NCBI GenBank assembly: GCA_030427835.1
Contig: JAUICN010000005.1
Span: 130,496-194,495 of the forward strand
Reading direction: 5' to 3'
Length of the DNA stretch: 64,000 bases
Origin: Polyangia bacterium
GTDB lineage: Bacteria > Myxococcota_A > Polyangia > Polyangiales > JAUICN01
Part shown: one piece after another, positions 27,440-36,642 of the stretch
Layout: each line of letters begins with the position of its first letter
Position numbering within the stretch: position 1 is the stretch's first letter
Translations under genes and position numbers: made by a program
Notes under the pieces: generated by a model
What the model was told of the DNA's origin: nothing
Databases searched by the model: none
Seen by the model: only the letters and a program-made list of their open reading frames with translations

Positions 27440-28561
27440 CTAGGAACCCTGTTGCTTGCTGCCTGGGCGGCGGGAGGTTTTGCGGCGCATGTTTTCAGTG
27501 GTTTTTCGGGCACCAGATCCACCAATGCCCCTACGGCTGACACCCACGGCGAAACGTACGCGCTCCATGGTCTCAAGCGCGATGGTCCGAGCACGTTCGG
27601 CACCGTCTTGCAGAATCTCGTCGATCACTTCGGTGTTGGTGCGTAGTTGATGGTAAGTGTCTCGAAACGGGCCCAGTTCCTGTTCAAGTAGATCTGCTAA
27701 CTCCTGTTTAGCGTGGCCCCAGCCATACCCTCCTTCGGCCAACTTCTGGCGCATGGAAAGGGCATCCTCGGGGGTGGCCATGAGTTTGTAGAGTTCAAAA
27801 ACGGTATTCCCGACCGCCTCTTTCGGTACCTCCAGAGGTTCTGAGCCAGTCTTGATACCGCCCAGTACCTTACGGGTGGCCTTGGGTTGAGAAAAAAGTG
27901 GAACCGTGTTTCCACGGCTCTTACTCATCTTTTCTCCATCGGTTCCAGGAACGACGGGCGCGTCAGTGATTAGCCCCTCCGGCACCACAAGGATGTCGTC
28001 CTGAAACGTATGGTTGAAGCGAATTGCCACGTCACGTGCCACTTCTAGGTGTTGCTGTTGATCCTTTCCCACGGGTACCACATGGGCACCGTACAAAATG
28101 ATGTCCGCTGCCATCAGCAACGGGTAGTTGAACACACCAGCGTTGACGGTACCCCCTTTTGTTGGACCGTCCTTGGTCGTACTCCCTTTGGCCTGAGCTC
28201 CTTTGGCCTGAGCTCCCTTGGCTAGGGCGTCCTTGTAGGCATGGCCCCGTTCCAACTGGCCCGTGGCAACAAGGCACGAGAAAATCCAAGCCAGTTCGAA
28301 CACCTCCGGTATGTCCGATTGCCGGTACAGCATCGTGGTGCGTGGGTCCACCCCGCACGCAAGCCAGGTCGCGGCCACATCGTAGACGTATTGGGTAAGC
28401 AGATCTGGGTCCCGGAGGCTTGTGAGCGCATGGTAGTCTGCGATGAAAAACAGGGTTCGGTAGGATTCCGTAAGCCTTACGGCGGTACGGATCGCGCCAA
28501 GGTAGTTTCCAAGGTGAGGAGTTGCGGTGGGTTTGATCCCGGTAAGTGCTATCTGGGGCAC
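27440..28561 (-). CDS. trpS: Tryptophan--tRNA ligase
   Basis: [16 protein letters not shown] (HIGH-type), YPLLMAADI and KMSKSRGN motifs. The GTG at 28561 gives the N-terminus [12 protein letters not shown]. The longer ORF overlaps the divergent gene. Confidence 0.85.
   Translation of the reverse strand: MPQIALTGIKPTATPHLGNYLGAIRTAVRLTESYRTLFFIADYHALTSLRDPDLLTQYVYDVAATWLACGVDPRTTMLYRQSDIPEVFELAWIFSCLVATGQLERGHAYKDALAKGAQAKGAQAKGSTTKDGPTKGGTVNAGVFNYPLLMAADIILYGAHVVPVGKDQQQHLEVARDVAIRFNHTFQDDILVVPEGLITDAPVVPGTDGEKMSKSRGNTVPLFSQPKATRKVLGGIKTGSEPLEVPKEAVGNTVFELYKLMATPEDALSMRQKLAEGGYGWGHAKQELADLLEQELGPFRDTYHQLRTNTEVIDEILQDGAERARTIALETMERVRFAVGVSRRGIGGSGARKTTENMRRKTSRRPGSKQQGS
28186..28223. repeat. 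In-frame 15-bp tandem duplication (ctttggcctgagctc x2.5) inside trpS
   Basis: Read directly. Encodes [13 protein letters not shown] within a low-complexity insertion. Confidence 0.85.
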
Positions 28562-28651
28562 GGTGCTCCAGTGTGGCGCCAAGCCCCCCCGGATGGCAAC
28601 CCTCCACCGGCGACTTGGTCCACCCGCAGGTTGTTCTGCTACGTTCTTGCC

Positions 28652-29116
28652 ATGAGCGAATCTCGACCTTTTCGTATTCTCGGTATTCAACAAATTGCGG
28701 TAGGGAGCCCGGACAAATCCCACCTCCGTACCCTTTGGATAGATTTGCTTGGGCTCACTCAAGAGGGGCAATTTAGGGAGGAAAGCCAAAATGTGGACGA
28801 GGACATCCTCGTGGTAGGGGAGGGCTCCGCTCGGGTGGAAATCGACCTAATGCAGCCCATCGACCCGGAAAAAAGCCCCAGAGTAGACAAGCCCGCGCTC
28901 AATCATGTCGGCCTATGGGTAGATGACCTTCGAAAAGCCGTGTCGTGGTTGCAAAGCAAGGGCGTTCGTTTCACTCCTGGCGGAATTAAGAAGGGAGCTG
29001 GCGGCCACGAGGTCTGTTTTATTCACCCCAAGGGCAACGAACAATCCCCCCAGGGCGGGGAAGGGGTGCTGATTGAGCTTGTCCAAGCCCCCAAACGGAC
29101 GATCGACCCGGGTTGA
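28652..29116 (+). CDS. VOC (glyoxalase/bleomycin-resistance/dioxygenase) family protein, methylmalonyl-CoA epimerase-like
   Basis: [17 protein letters not shown]...[11 protein letters not shown]...[10 protein letters not shown]. The ATG is at 28652; the ORF-track start at 28241 is antisense to trpS. Confidence 0.7.
   Translation: MSESRPFRILGIQQIAVGSPDKSHLRTLWIDLLGLTQEGQFREESQNVDEDILVVGEGSARVEIDLMQPIDPEKSPRVDKPALNHVGLWVDDLRKAVSWLQSKGVRFTPGGIKKGAGGHEVCFIHPKGNEQSPQGGEGVLIELVQAPKRTIDPG
29105..29116 (+). repeat. Variant dispersed motif GACCCGGGTTGA (one mismatch)
   Basis: Overlaps the stop codon of the VOC gene. Confidence 0.5.
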
Positions 29117-29145
29117 ACAAGTTTGAACGCAGGGATTCGTACGTT

Positions 29146-29157
29146 GACCCAGGTTGA
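29146..29157 (+). repeat. Dispersed motif copy GACCCAGGTTGA
   Basis: Exact 12-mer in the convergent intergenic region. Confidence 0.8.
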
Positions 29158-29212
29158 ATCGCGTTGATGGCCTAGATAGGCGTTTTTGCCTGTTTTTGTC
29201 CCTATCTGGATT

Positions 29213-29224
29213 CACCCAGGTTGA
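29213..29224 (+). repeat. Dispersed motif copy CACCCAGGTTGA
   Basis: Abuts the stop of the TPR lipoprotein gene at 29225. Confidence 0.75.
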
Positions 29225-31528
29225 TTACGGATCAGGGATGTGCAGGGCCTGGGCCATGGCGTATTCGTAAAAATTGACCATTTGGGTCTCTAACACTTGG
29301 GCGAAATACTGGTTGGCGGTTTGGGTTTCGTTATTTTGGAGGGCTGCGAAGGCGGCGTAGCAGTAGGCTTCTGCCCGTTCTCCGCGGTTTGAGGCTTCTC
29401 CAACCAGGGTTTCCACGGTTGTTTCACCTAGGCCGAGTCGTGCAAGGCTGCCCCACCAGGCGGCGTCGGTGCGGTGCTGTTCCAGTGCGTACAGGGCGTC
29501 TCCCTGCAGCGGTAACCCGGCCCGGGCCTGAATCGCGGCCACCCACAGGGCGAAGTACACACGCCATTCGGCTTGGAGGGCCAGTCGACGTTGGGCCTGG
29601 CGAAACACTTCCTGGGCCAGCTCTGGATCGGGCTCCGCCATTACCAGGTAGGAAAGGATCCGAGCATAGACGTCCCGGGTAGGTTCTGGGGATTGTGCGG
29701 CCACGCGAATGACGTCCCTGGCTGCCTTATGTTCACCAAGCCTGTGCAAAATAACCCCCCGCTGGGCGTGGAGTTCGGGGCTGCCGCTTGCCCCGGGAAT
29801 CTTTGTCAACGTGTTCAGGTGCTCCAACGCGATCCGGTAGGAGCGCACCGCTTCCTCCTGTCGATCTGCCAAATCCAGACTCAGGCCCATTTCCCATTGG
29901 AGGTCCGCGTTGATGCTCACCTGGGAAATACCGGTGCCTGGCATCCGGGTGGCCTGGTGGAGATATCGAAGGCTACCCTGTGCGTTGCCAAGCAATCTCT
30001 GAAGCCGTGCCATTTGCAGAACGGCGGGTAAGCTTGGTTTTTCTTCGATGCTCCGCGTGTACCACTGGATGGCTCCTTCAGCGTTGCCAGCGTTGGTTTC
30101 AAGCAAACCGAGCAGGTAGTGCAACTCCTCAGGTGCGACGGCCGGAGAAGAATCAGGCCACAGTCGCAGTCGCTCCTGCAGTATGGCTTCCGCCTTGGAC
30201 GCCAGTCGGCGCGACATGGTCGGATCTGAATCATACAAGCCCTGGGTCAACATGAGTTCCATGGCCTGCAGCGCCTCGTCGTATCCCGATTGTTCCTCGG
30301 GCATGCGTTGTACGGCCTCCATGTACCACTCTGTAGCCTGTGCAAAGTCCCGCTCCTGAGCGGCGGTGCGGGCAAGGCAGGTTACAAACCGAACGTCCCG
30401 GTCAAAGACGCGGTAGCCGTAACGGCACAGGCCCCGCCGAACGTCCAAGTGGGGTGCGTCAAACGCCTGTGCGAGTTCCAGAAGAGCCCCTGGACTTTCA
30501 CCGCTCACTTCCTTCAGCACCTGTTGCAATTCGCGCCCCCCAGGGAGGTCGTCAATGGCGGTTGCCGCAAGGTCGATCTCTCCCACCCGCAAGTAGGGAA
30601 TCGCAATACTGAGTGCCACCTGGCGCTGCAGTTGCGCGGATGGGCCGAACTCCCGGGACCGAAAAAGGCGAAAAGCACCACCACGACTTTGCATGGCTTC
30701 CATGAATAGGTTTGCACGTAGGGTTTGCAGTTCCGCGGCGTGTTCCAACACATCCATTCCAGGGGTGGCTGCCGCATGGTTGTCCCAAACGTCGGCCAGT
30801 CGAGACACGGCGCTAAACTGGTCTGGAAAGGCCTGGCGCGCTTCTACGCTCCACTCTGCCAGATGCTCGTAGCGCGTGACCCAGGGCAGCTGTGCCGGGC
30901 CCAATCGTTCGAAACGATCTGGCCTCGGTTTGGTCCGGGGCTTGTTGTTTGCGGATTCACCACCTTCAGTAGCCTCTTGCGCACGCACCAAGCTCAACAC
31001 ACGCAGGGCGGACAGCGCCCGTGCCTCGTTGCCAGACTTGGCGGCATCCAACCAGACCCGGTGGGCCAACGGGTACAAAGTGGAGGAGCCAACAAGCACG
31101 CCCGCGTACCGTTTGGATCCACGGCTCTCTGCCACATCGAGATCCGGCAGGCTAAAGTCTGCAACTCCATACCACTGGGTAGCTTCCTGAAACCAATGCC
31201 AGGTGTCTTCGATGGCCTCCCCATCCCGAACGCCACCACCACGGGTGTTGTCCAATCCACGATCCACACAATAACGCACCAGCCCATCCCGCAGAATTTC
31301 GCGAGAGCGATGGCCAACCGGCATGCCCAACCACGTGCGTGAGGACTCCAGGTAGTTGGAAGACGTGACTTCGGAACCCGCTGGGCCTAAATTCGGGTGC
31401 TCGGCACCGCGGTCCCTGCGGCCGCCACAACCGGCGGCCACGAGCAGGTGAACAGGTAGCTGAACAAGCAGCACCGCAAGTGGTACCCATCCCCTAATCA
31501 AACGAAAACGAATATTGGAAGCGCACAT
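29225..31528 (-). CDS. Large TPR-repeat lipoprotein
   Basis: ATG 31528 gives the signal peptide MCASNIRFRLIRGWVPLAVLLVQLPVHLLVAAGC. The body is helical-repeat (TPR-like) throughout. The ORF-track start at 31870 would overlap the divergent gene by about 340 nt. Confidence 0.7.
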   Translation of the reverse strand: MCASNIRFRLIRGWVPLAVLLVQLPVHLLVAAGCGGRRDRGAEHPNLGPAGSEVTSSNYLESSRTWLGMPVGHRSREILRDGLVRYCVDRGLDNTRGGGVRDGEAIEDTWHWFQEATQWYGVADFSLPDLDVAESRGSKRYAGVLVGSSTLYPLAHRVWLDAAKSGNEARALSALRVLSLVRAQEATEGGESANNKPRTKPRPDRFERLGPAQLPWVTRYEHLAEWSVEARQAFPDQFSAVSRLADVWDNHAAATPGMDVLEHAAELQTLRANLFMEAMQSRGGAFRLFRSREFGPSAQLQRQVALSIAIPYLRVGEIDLAATAIDDLPGGRELQQVLKEVSGESPGALLELAQAFDAPHLDVRRGLCRYGYRVFDRDVRFVTCLARTAAQERDFAQATEWYMEAVQRMPEEQSGYDEALQAMELMLTQGLYDSDPTMSRRLASKAEAILQERLRLWPDSSPAVAPEELHYLLGLLETNAGNAEGAIQWYTRSIEEKPSLPAVLQMARLQRLLGNAQGSLRYLHQATRMPGTGISQVSINADLQWEMGLSLDLADRQEEAVRSYRIALEHLNTLTKIPGASGSPELHAQRGVILHRLGEHKAARDVIRVAAQSPEPTRDVYARILSYLVMAEPDPELAQEVFRQAQRRLALQAEWRVYFALWVAAIQARAGLPLQGDALYALEQHRTDAAWWGSLARLGLGETTVETLVGEASNRGERAEAYCYAAFAALQNNETQTANQYFAQVLETQMVNFYEYAMAQALHIPDP

Positions 31529-32495
31529 GATCGAGAAGCCCACACTAGCGCATGCCGGTGACAAGCACGAACAACCCGACTTGAAGGTGTCATCGGCCGG
31601 ATTTGAGTTGCCCTGGTGGTCCATCATCATGCTTCCCTGGGCGGCCATTCTCGGCACACAGATGGTGGGCCTTACGTTGAGGTTGCTAGAGTTCGCTCCT
31701 GGGGCAAACCATCCGGCGTACAAGCTTGTTCTCGCCATGTCGCAGTTGGTGGCGTGGTCGGTGGTTGCCGCTTTTGGCCTTTGGCTCTCCCAACGGGAGC
31801 CCGCAAAATCGGTGGAGCCCACCGTGAGCTTGCAACGGATGCTCAGGGGGCTTTTTGCGCAGCCCACCAACGTCGCCGTTGTTGGAGTGGCTGTACTGAC
31901 CGGTTTTGCGTTGCAGTTTCCCCTCTCAAGGCTGAGTCACCTGATGCTGCCCTGGTCTTCGGCGTCCCTGGAAGATCTTCAGTTCAGGCAGCAGCTTGTC
32001 ACCTACCGCACGCCCGCAGAAGCTGTGGCCACATGGTTTGCCTTTGTGGTTGTGGCCCCGCTTGTGGAGGAGCTGCTCTTTCGCGGGGTACTTTTACGTG
32101 GGTTGCAGTCCAGGTTGGGGAGCACCGTGACACTTGTATTGACCAGTGTGGCATTTGGCGTGGTTCATGGGGCTCTGGACGCAGTCGTGTACGCCACACT
32201 CGCGGGGCTCACATTCGGGAGGGTGATGCAAAAGCAGGGCAATCTTGGGGTCACCATGGCCATGCACGCAGGTGTAAACGCAGTGCCATTGGTTCTGCAG
32301 GCTCGTTGGTGGCTCATACCCGGGTTTAACGAGCCACTGGGGCCCAGTGGCGCCCAGGACATTGCTGAAGTGTTAGATAGTCTTGAGCCCCTAGCCCCAG
32401 TGGTTTGGGTGCCGGCCACAGCCTTGGCCGTAGCTGGGATTATGTTTCTTGTAAGAAACCCAACACGTCCGACACGTCCTCTGAACTCCCAATAA
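31527..32495 (+). CDS. CPBP-family intramembrane glutamic endopeptidase (CAAX protease/Abi-like)
   Basis: VEELLFRGVLL and FGVVHG motifs with multiple TM segments. The start is uncertain: ATG 31527 sits head-to-head with the TPR gene, and ATG 31629 is an alternative. The 3' end overlaps the fbp 3' end by 56 nt. Confidence 0.6.
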   Translation: MIEKPTLAHAGDKHEQPDLKVSSAGFELPWWSIIMLPWAAILGTQMVGLTLRLLEFAPGANHPAYKLVLAMSQLVAWSVVAAFGLWLSQREPAKSVEPTVSLQRMLRGLFAQPTNVAVVGVAVLTGFALQFPLSRLSHLMLPWSSASLEDLQFRQQLVTYRTPAEAVATWFAFVVVAPLVEELLFRGVLLRGLQSRLGSTVTLVLTSVAFGVVHGALDAVVYATLAGLTFGRVMQKQGNLGVTMAMHAGVNAVPLVLQARWWLIPGFNEPLGPSGAQDIAEVLDSLEPLAPVVWVPATALAVAGIMFLVRNPTRPTRPLNSQ

Positions 32496-33465
32496 ATAGG
32501 GGTGTTCGTTGGTGAAGTACCTCGGGTTCCACATCCAGAATTCGTTGGGATCCGTCGGAAGCCGCACCGCCTGCGGCCTCCACAAGAAACGCAAACGGCG
32601 CCGCTTCGTACAGAAGCCTGAGCTTGCCCTCGGGCTTGTCTTCGCTGCCGGGGTAGCAAAACACCCCTCCCCGAAGCAGGGTGCGGTGAAGGTCCGCCAC
32701 CATGGCCCCAATGTACCGGTGGCCATAGGCCTTCTTGCCCTCCTCGGGCTTCTTTATCCAGTCTGCCCACCGACGCATGCCCGGGACCCAGGAGTGGTAG
32801 TGGCCTTCGTTGATGGAATAAATGGAACCCCGTTTTGGGATGCGAATGTTGTCGTGGGACAGAAAGAACTCGCCCACCGATGGATCGAACGTGAACCCAT
32901 AGACACCGTTGCCGGTGGTGTACACAAACATGGTGGACGAACCGTAGATGGCGTATCCGCTGGCGACCAAGTCACGGCCAGGTTGCAGGCAATCTTCCAG
33001 GGTGCCTCGCCCCTCGCCAGGTGTGCGGCGTTTGTAGATACTGAAAATCGTGCCGATGGAAGCGTTTACATCGATGTTGCCGGAGCCGTCCAGGGGATCA
33101 AACATGAGCACGTACTTTCCGGCGGGCTCTTCCAACGGAACGGGGATCACCTCTTCCACTTCTTCGCTTGCCATGACGCACACGTGGCCGCCGCTCTCCG
33201 CGCACTTGACCAAGGTATCGTTGGAGAACTGGTCCAGCTTAGCCACCATCTCGCCCTGCACGTTGGTTTCACCCGTGAGCCCCAACACACCCGCAAGCCC
33301 TGCGCGGTGCACACGGCTGTGAATGATTTTCACCGCAAGCGCGATTTGCTGAAACAGGCCCGTAAAATTCCCTGAGGCACCAGGTGATGCGCGCTGCATG
33401 TCGAGCACGTGCCTTGCAAGGCTACTCCCCGGTTGAACGGGCCCCGCAGGCCGCCACGAGGCCAT
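32440..33465 (-). CDS. fbp: Fructose-1,6-bisphosphatase class 1
   Basis: FDPLDGSGNIDVNASIGTIFSIY, GYAIYGSSTM and YIGAMVADLHRTLLRGGVF motifs. ATG 33465 gives a 341-aa product, typical for this family. The ORF-track start at 33786 is an over-extension. Confidence 0.88.
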   Translation of the reverse strand: MASWRPAGPVQPGSSLARHVLDMQRASPGASGNFTGLFQQIALAVKIIHSRVHRAGLAGVLGLTGETNVQGEMVAKLDQFSNDTLVKCAESGGHVCVMASEEVEEVIPVPLEEPAGKYVLMFDPLDGSGNIDVNASIGTIFSIYKRRTPGEGRGTLEDCLQPGRDLVASGYAIYGSSTMFVYTTGNGVYGFTFDPSVGEFFLSHDNIRIPKRGSIYSINEGHYHSWVPGMRRWADWIKKPEEGKKAYGHRYIGAMVADLHRTLLRGGVFCYPGSEDKPEGKLRLLYEAAPFAFLVEAAGGAASDGSQRILDVEPEVLHQRTPLFIGSSEDVSDVLGFLQET

Positions 33466-33583
33466 TGAATCCCTTGCCACTGAGTTTCTACCCGCCGAGC
33501 GTTCCATGATCCGCGGTTTAGCAGGTCTAGCGCGCTTTGCCCGGATGCCAGCCTCCCGGACGCCAGTCCAGCCGAGTACCAGT

Positions 33584-35422
33584 CTAGGAAGCGTCGCGGC
33601 TGTACCGAACCTCGGCGGACAACGCGTCGCCCGACCAGGTGAGCTCGGTGATGCGCACGACCCTAGAATCAGAATCTGGGGTTTGCTCCAGTTCCACCAC
33701 AAACCGCATGGAGTTGGAAAGCAGTCGCTCCGCATTCCTATCCTGACCCGCCGCGCCCACACCCATGCGGGCCACAAGGCCAGCAATCAGAGATTCCTGC
33801 GAACCCAATCGCAGGGCCATGCCTGCCACGTTACCGTCGGCAATACCGTCCAAGAACGTCAGCGCGTGAAGCAAATCATCAGACTGCAATCCATCCACAA
33901 TGAGCCGCTTTGCCCCAAACCGTTGGGATTCCGTGAGTACCTGCCGAAGTGCGGTGCCCGGGCGCCCGTCTCGGCAAAAGCCCAGCGTAATCATCTCCTT
34001 GCCAGAGCGGACCGAACCTGGATTTCCACTTACACAGAGCCAGGGGTCACTGGGATTCGCCAGGTTTGCAAGACCACCCACCACCGTGGATACCCCCGTT
34101 CCCGAGGGGCCCAGCACCATCACCGACGCCCGATCCTGGACCGCCTGTTGCAGCACGCCCCGGGCCTTATCATCCCAAATGCCCCGGCGTTCCATTTCAG
34201 GCACGGTCATCGGATCCCCAACAGCCCGCACGTGCAGTACTGGGCCGTCATAGGCCACAGGTTCACGGATGAACGTCACCCGAAGGCCCGGAGCCACCAA
34301 GGCTTCCTGCACTGGAGCCTCTCCAGAGAGGACACGCCCTGCCCGTTGAAAAAGGCGTTCTGCCACGATTTCCAAGGCGCGATTGGAGGAAAACCGAGTG
34401 GATTGGGCTTCCGGGCCCTTGCCCCAGTCCACCGTGAGGCGGCGTGTGCCCTCTGCGGTGGCTTCCTTGAGACCATCCTTGGCCAACATCGGATCCAATG
34501 GGCCAAGCCCCACGGCCTCCCGGAGGGCCGCTCCAAGCAATTGGTTGGGGTCCTCCCCGTCCAGGCGCCCTTCGCTTTCAAGTCGTTGCACCGCCTGCCG
34601 AATGGACTGCTTGATACTCTCCCGGACCGAGGTGGTCTTCAGGGCGGCCGTTGCGTGAAGGTTGTGAAAATGGGAGACGTACTCCAGTACACCCGCCAGT
34701 CCACGCCCGGTGATCTCCACGGGCCCCTCCGGGGGAATACTGGAGGTCGCGCTGCTGTTGGCGTGGGCCACATCGCCGGGGGCGTCTGCAGTTCGTACGG
34801 GGCGAACGGTTGCGCTGGGCCCACTTGCAGAACTGGGTCCACTTGCGGAACTGGGTCCACTTACAGAACTGGGCCCACCCGCGGAAGCGCCGGGGCGTGA
34901 CACCCCTAAGTTTGAGACAGGAGACCGCGCCGGGGGTGCAGCCGTCATGGCGGGTGCGGGGGGTGGCGCAGAAGGCCGACCCGGAGGTGCGGAACCGGGG
35001 CTTCCCGGGCGTACGGCGCCAGGTCGCGCAGACCCAGGGGCACCGTAGGAAGCGGAGCCCTCGGGGCCCCCTTGTCTACGCACCGGCGCGTTGGGCGGAG
35101 CCTCCGATGGTGGGGAAGGCCGCTCGCTTGCCACGCCCTCTTCGATGGTGAGAACAAAATCTCCGATGTAAACCTTGTCGCCTGCCTTCACCACAAGGGG
35201 GGAGGTGATGCGCCGACCGTTGACGTACGTACCGTTCGTGCTTTTGAGGTCCACGACGATGAAGCGGTCATCCTTGAGCACAATGCGGGAATGGCGCTTG
35301 GAAACGTTGCCCTTGGGCAGGATCACGTCGTTGCCCTGGACACGACCGATCGTCACTTCCGACTTGTCAAAGTCCAAGCGCCGTTGGGCACCGCCCTTTT
35401 CCGTAATGATCACCGCGTACAT
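33584..35422 (-). CDS. FHA-domain protein fused to a CpaF/VirB11-like (T2SSE) ATPase-fold domain with degenerate nucleotide-binding motifs
   Basis: N-terminal FHA domain (TIGRVQGNDVILPKGNVSKRHSRIVL...STNGTYVNG), then a Pro/Ser/Gly linker. The C-terminal domain carries LGPLDPML. Its Walker A-like GPSGTGVST (34085-34111) lacks the invariant Lys. Confidence 0.75.
   Translation of the reverse strand: MYAVIITEKGGAQRRLDFDKSEVTIGRVQGNDVILPKGNVSKRHSRIVLKDDRFIVVDLKSTNGTYVNGRRITSPLVVKAGDKVYIGDFVLTIEEGVASERPSPPSEAPPNAPVRRQGGPEGSASYGAPGSARPGAVRPGSPGSAPPGRPSAPPPAPAMTAAPPARSPVSNLGVSRPGASAGGPSSVSGPSSASGPSSASGPSATVRPVRTADAPGDVAHANSSATSSIPPEGPVEITGRGLAGVLEYVSHFHNLHATAALKTTSVRESIKQSIRQAVQRLESEGRLDGEDPNQLLGAALREAVGLGPLDPMLAKDGLKEATAEGTRRLTVDWGKGPEAQSTRFSSNRALEIVAERLFQRAGRVLSGEAPVQEALVAPGLRVTFIREPVAYDGPVLHVRAVGDPMTVPEMERRGIWDDKARGVLQQAVQDRASVMVLGPSGTGVSTVVGGLANLANPSDPWLCVSGNPGSVRSGKEMITLGFCRDGRPGTALRQVLTESQRFGAKRLIVDGLQSDDLLHALTFLDGIADGNVAGMALRLGSQESLIAGLVARMGVGAAGQDRNAERLLSNSMRFVVELEQTPDSDSRVVRITELTWSGDALSAEVRYSRDAS
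34817..34888. repeat. In-frame 18-bp tandem repeat x4 (gggYccacttRcRgaact)
   Basis: Encodes the GPSS[VA]S repeats in the FHA-protein linker. Confidence 0.85.
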
Positions 35423-35685
35423 GCGTTACCAAACCGTGTCACAACGTGGCCCCCCAGGCCATCCCCAGGCAAACCACACGCAACGGCCCGCAGTCTCCCC
35501 CAGAACCCCCCCAGGAGTCCAAAAACATTCATATGCCTGAGATAACCCGGTATCTCCGTTCTACCGGTTATTGCAGCAATTCGCTTCGCGCGGTTCTCAA
35601 GGGAGCACTTTGGCCACAGCCCTCCTAAGAACACACTCTGAAAACGTACGATTTGCTTGTCTCGAGAAAGGTCGACAGCCGAAAA

Positions 35686-36594
35686 TCAACCGCCGTGCTG
35701 TGGGGGCAGGTCGCCTGAGGGCAGGTTGCTGGAGGAGATGCCGGCAGCTGGAAGGTCGGCGGTGGCGAGGTCTGGGTTGATGAGGTGACCGGTGCTCTGA
35801 CTGGGTGGCGGCTGGCTGGGCAGTGACAACGCAGCTTCCAGTTTTTCCAGGCGTGTGGCGAGCCGTTCGTTCTCAGCCCGCAGGTGGCGGATCATTTCGG
35901 AAACGGGGTCTGGCAAGTTTGCGTGATCCAAGGTCACGTCGAAGGACGAGCGGGTTTCGCCAGCGCCCTTTACCACGCGGCCAGGTACCCCCACCACGGT
36001 ACCGTTTTGTGGCACGGGGCGAATGACCACAGAGCCCGAACCGATACGTGCGCCATCCCCTACCTGGATGTGGCCCAGGATGCAGGCGTTGCTTCCCACC
36101 ACCACCTTGGCGCCCAGTTCCGGGTGCCGGGCTTCGCGGCCCATGGAGGTTCCTCCAAGCACCACCCCCTTGTACAGCACACAGCCATCTCCAACCTTTG
36201 CGGTCTCCCCAATCACGACACCCATGCCGTGGTCGATGAACACACCCTGGCCGAGCTTTGCACCTGGGTGAATCTCCACCCCAGAAAGAAAACGGTTTGC
36301 GTGGGACACCATCCGCGCCGGAAGCCCCAGCTCACGCTTCCAAAGGCTGTGCGCTACCCGGTGCATCCAAATGGCATGTAGGCCAGGGTAGGTCAGCACG
36401 ATCTCGAGCTTGCTGCGGGCAGCCGGGTCGTGTTCCAACACCGCATCCACATCGCGCACGTAGCAACGTAGCCGCGCGCGCAGCTTGCCCCAGGGGGTCT
36501 TCTTTGTGGAAGCTTCCGCACAGTCCGGGGTGGGGGGGGTGACATGAACCGGGTCCATGGGGGAGAACCTAGCAACCCGGGGTCCCAATGTCAT
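35686..36594 (-). CDS. cysE: Serine O-acetyltransferase with a long C-terminal extension
   Basis: LEHDPAARSKLEIVLTYPGLHAIWMHRVAH and the hexapeptide region IHPGAKLGQGVFIDHGMGVVIGETAKVGDG. ATG 36594 is preceded by GGGAGG. There is a tail of about 95 aa with a coiled-coil-like segment. Confidence 0.85.
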   Translation of the reverse strand: MTLGPRVARFSPMDPVHVTPPTPDCAEASTKKTPWGKLRARLRCYVRDVDAVLEHDPAARSKLEIVLTYPGLHAIWMHRVAHSLWKRELGLPARMVSHANRFLSGVEIHPGAKLGQGVFIDHGMGVVIGETAKVGDGCVLYKGVVLGGTSMGREARHPELGAKVVVGSNACILGHIQVGDGARIGSGSVVIRPVPQNGTVVGVPGRVVKGAGETRSSFDVTLDHANLPDPVSEMIRHLRAENERLATRLEKLEAALSLPSQPPPSQSTGHLINPDLATADLPAAGISSSNLPSGDLPPQHGG

Positions 36595-36642
36595 CGTTTG
36601 CGCCTCCCTTGCTCCCGTGCCTGGGGCTGTTAGCGTTTGGAA

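Noticed and set aside
28241-28651. N-terminal 137 codons of ORF 28241-29116, and similar over-long ORF-track starts (4610, 9523, 16428, 25251, 27603, 28789, 31870, 33786, 42670, 53248, 55421, 57166, 60712)
   Set aside because: These extensions overlap neighbouring genes or lie antisense to them. They also precede the conserved N-termini or signal peptides, and internal starts fit better.
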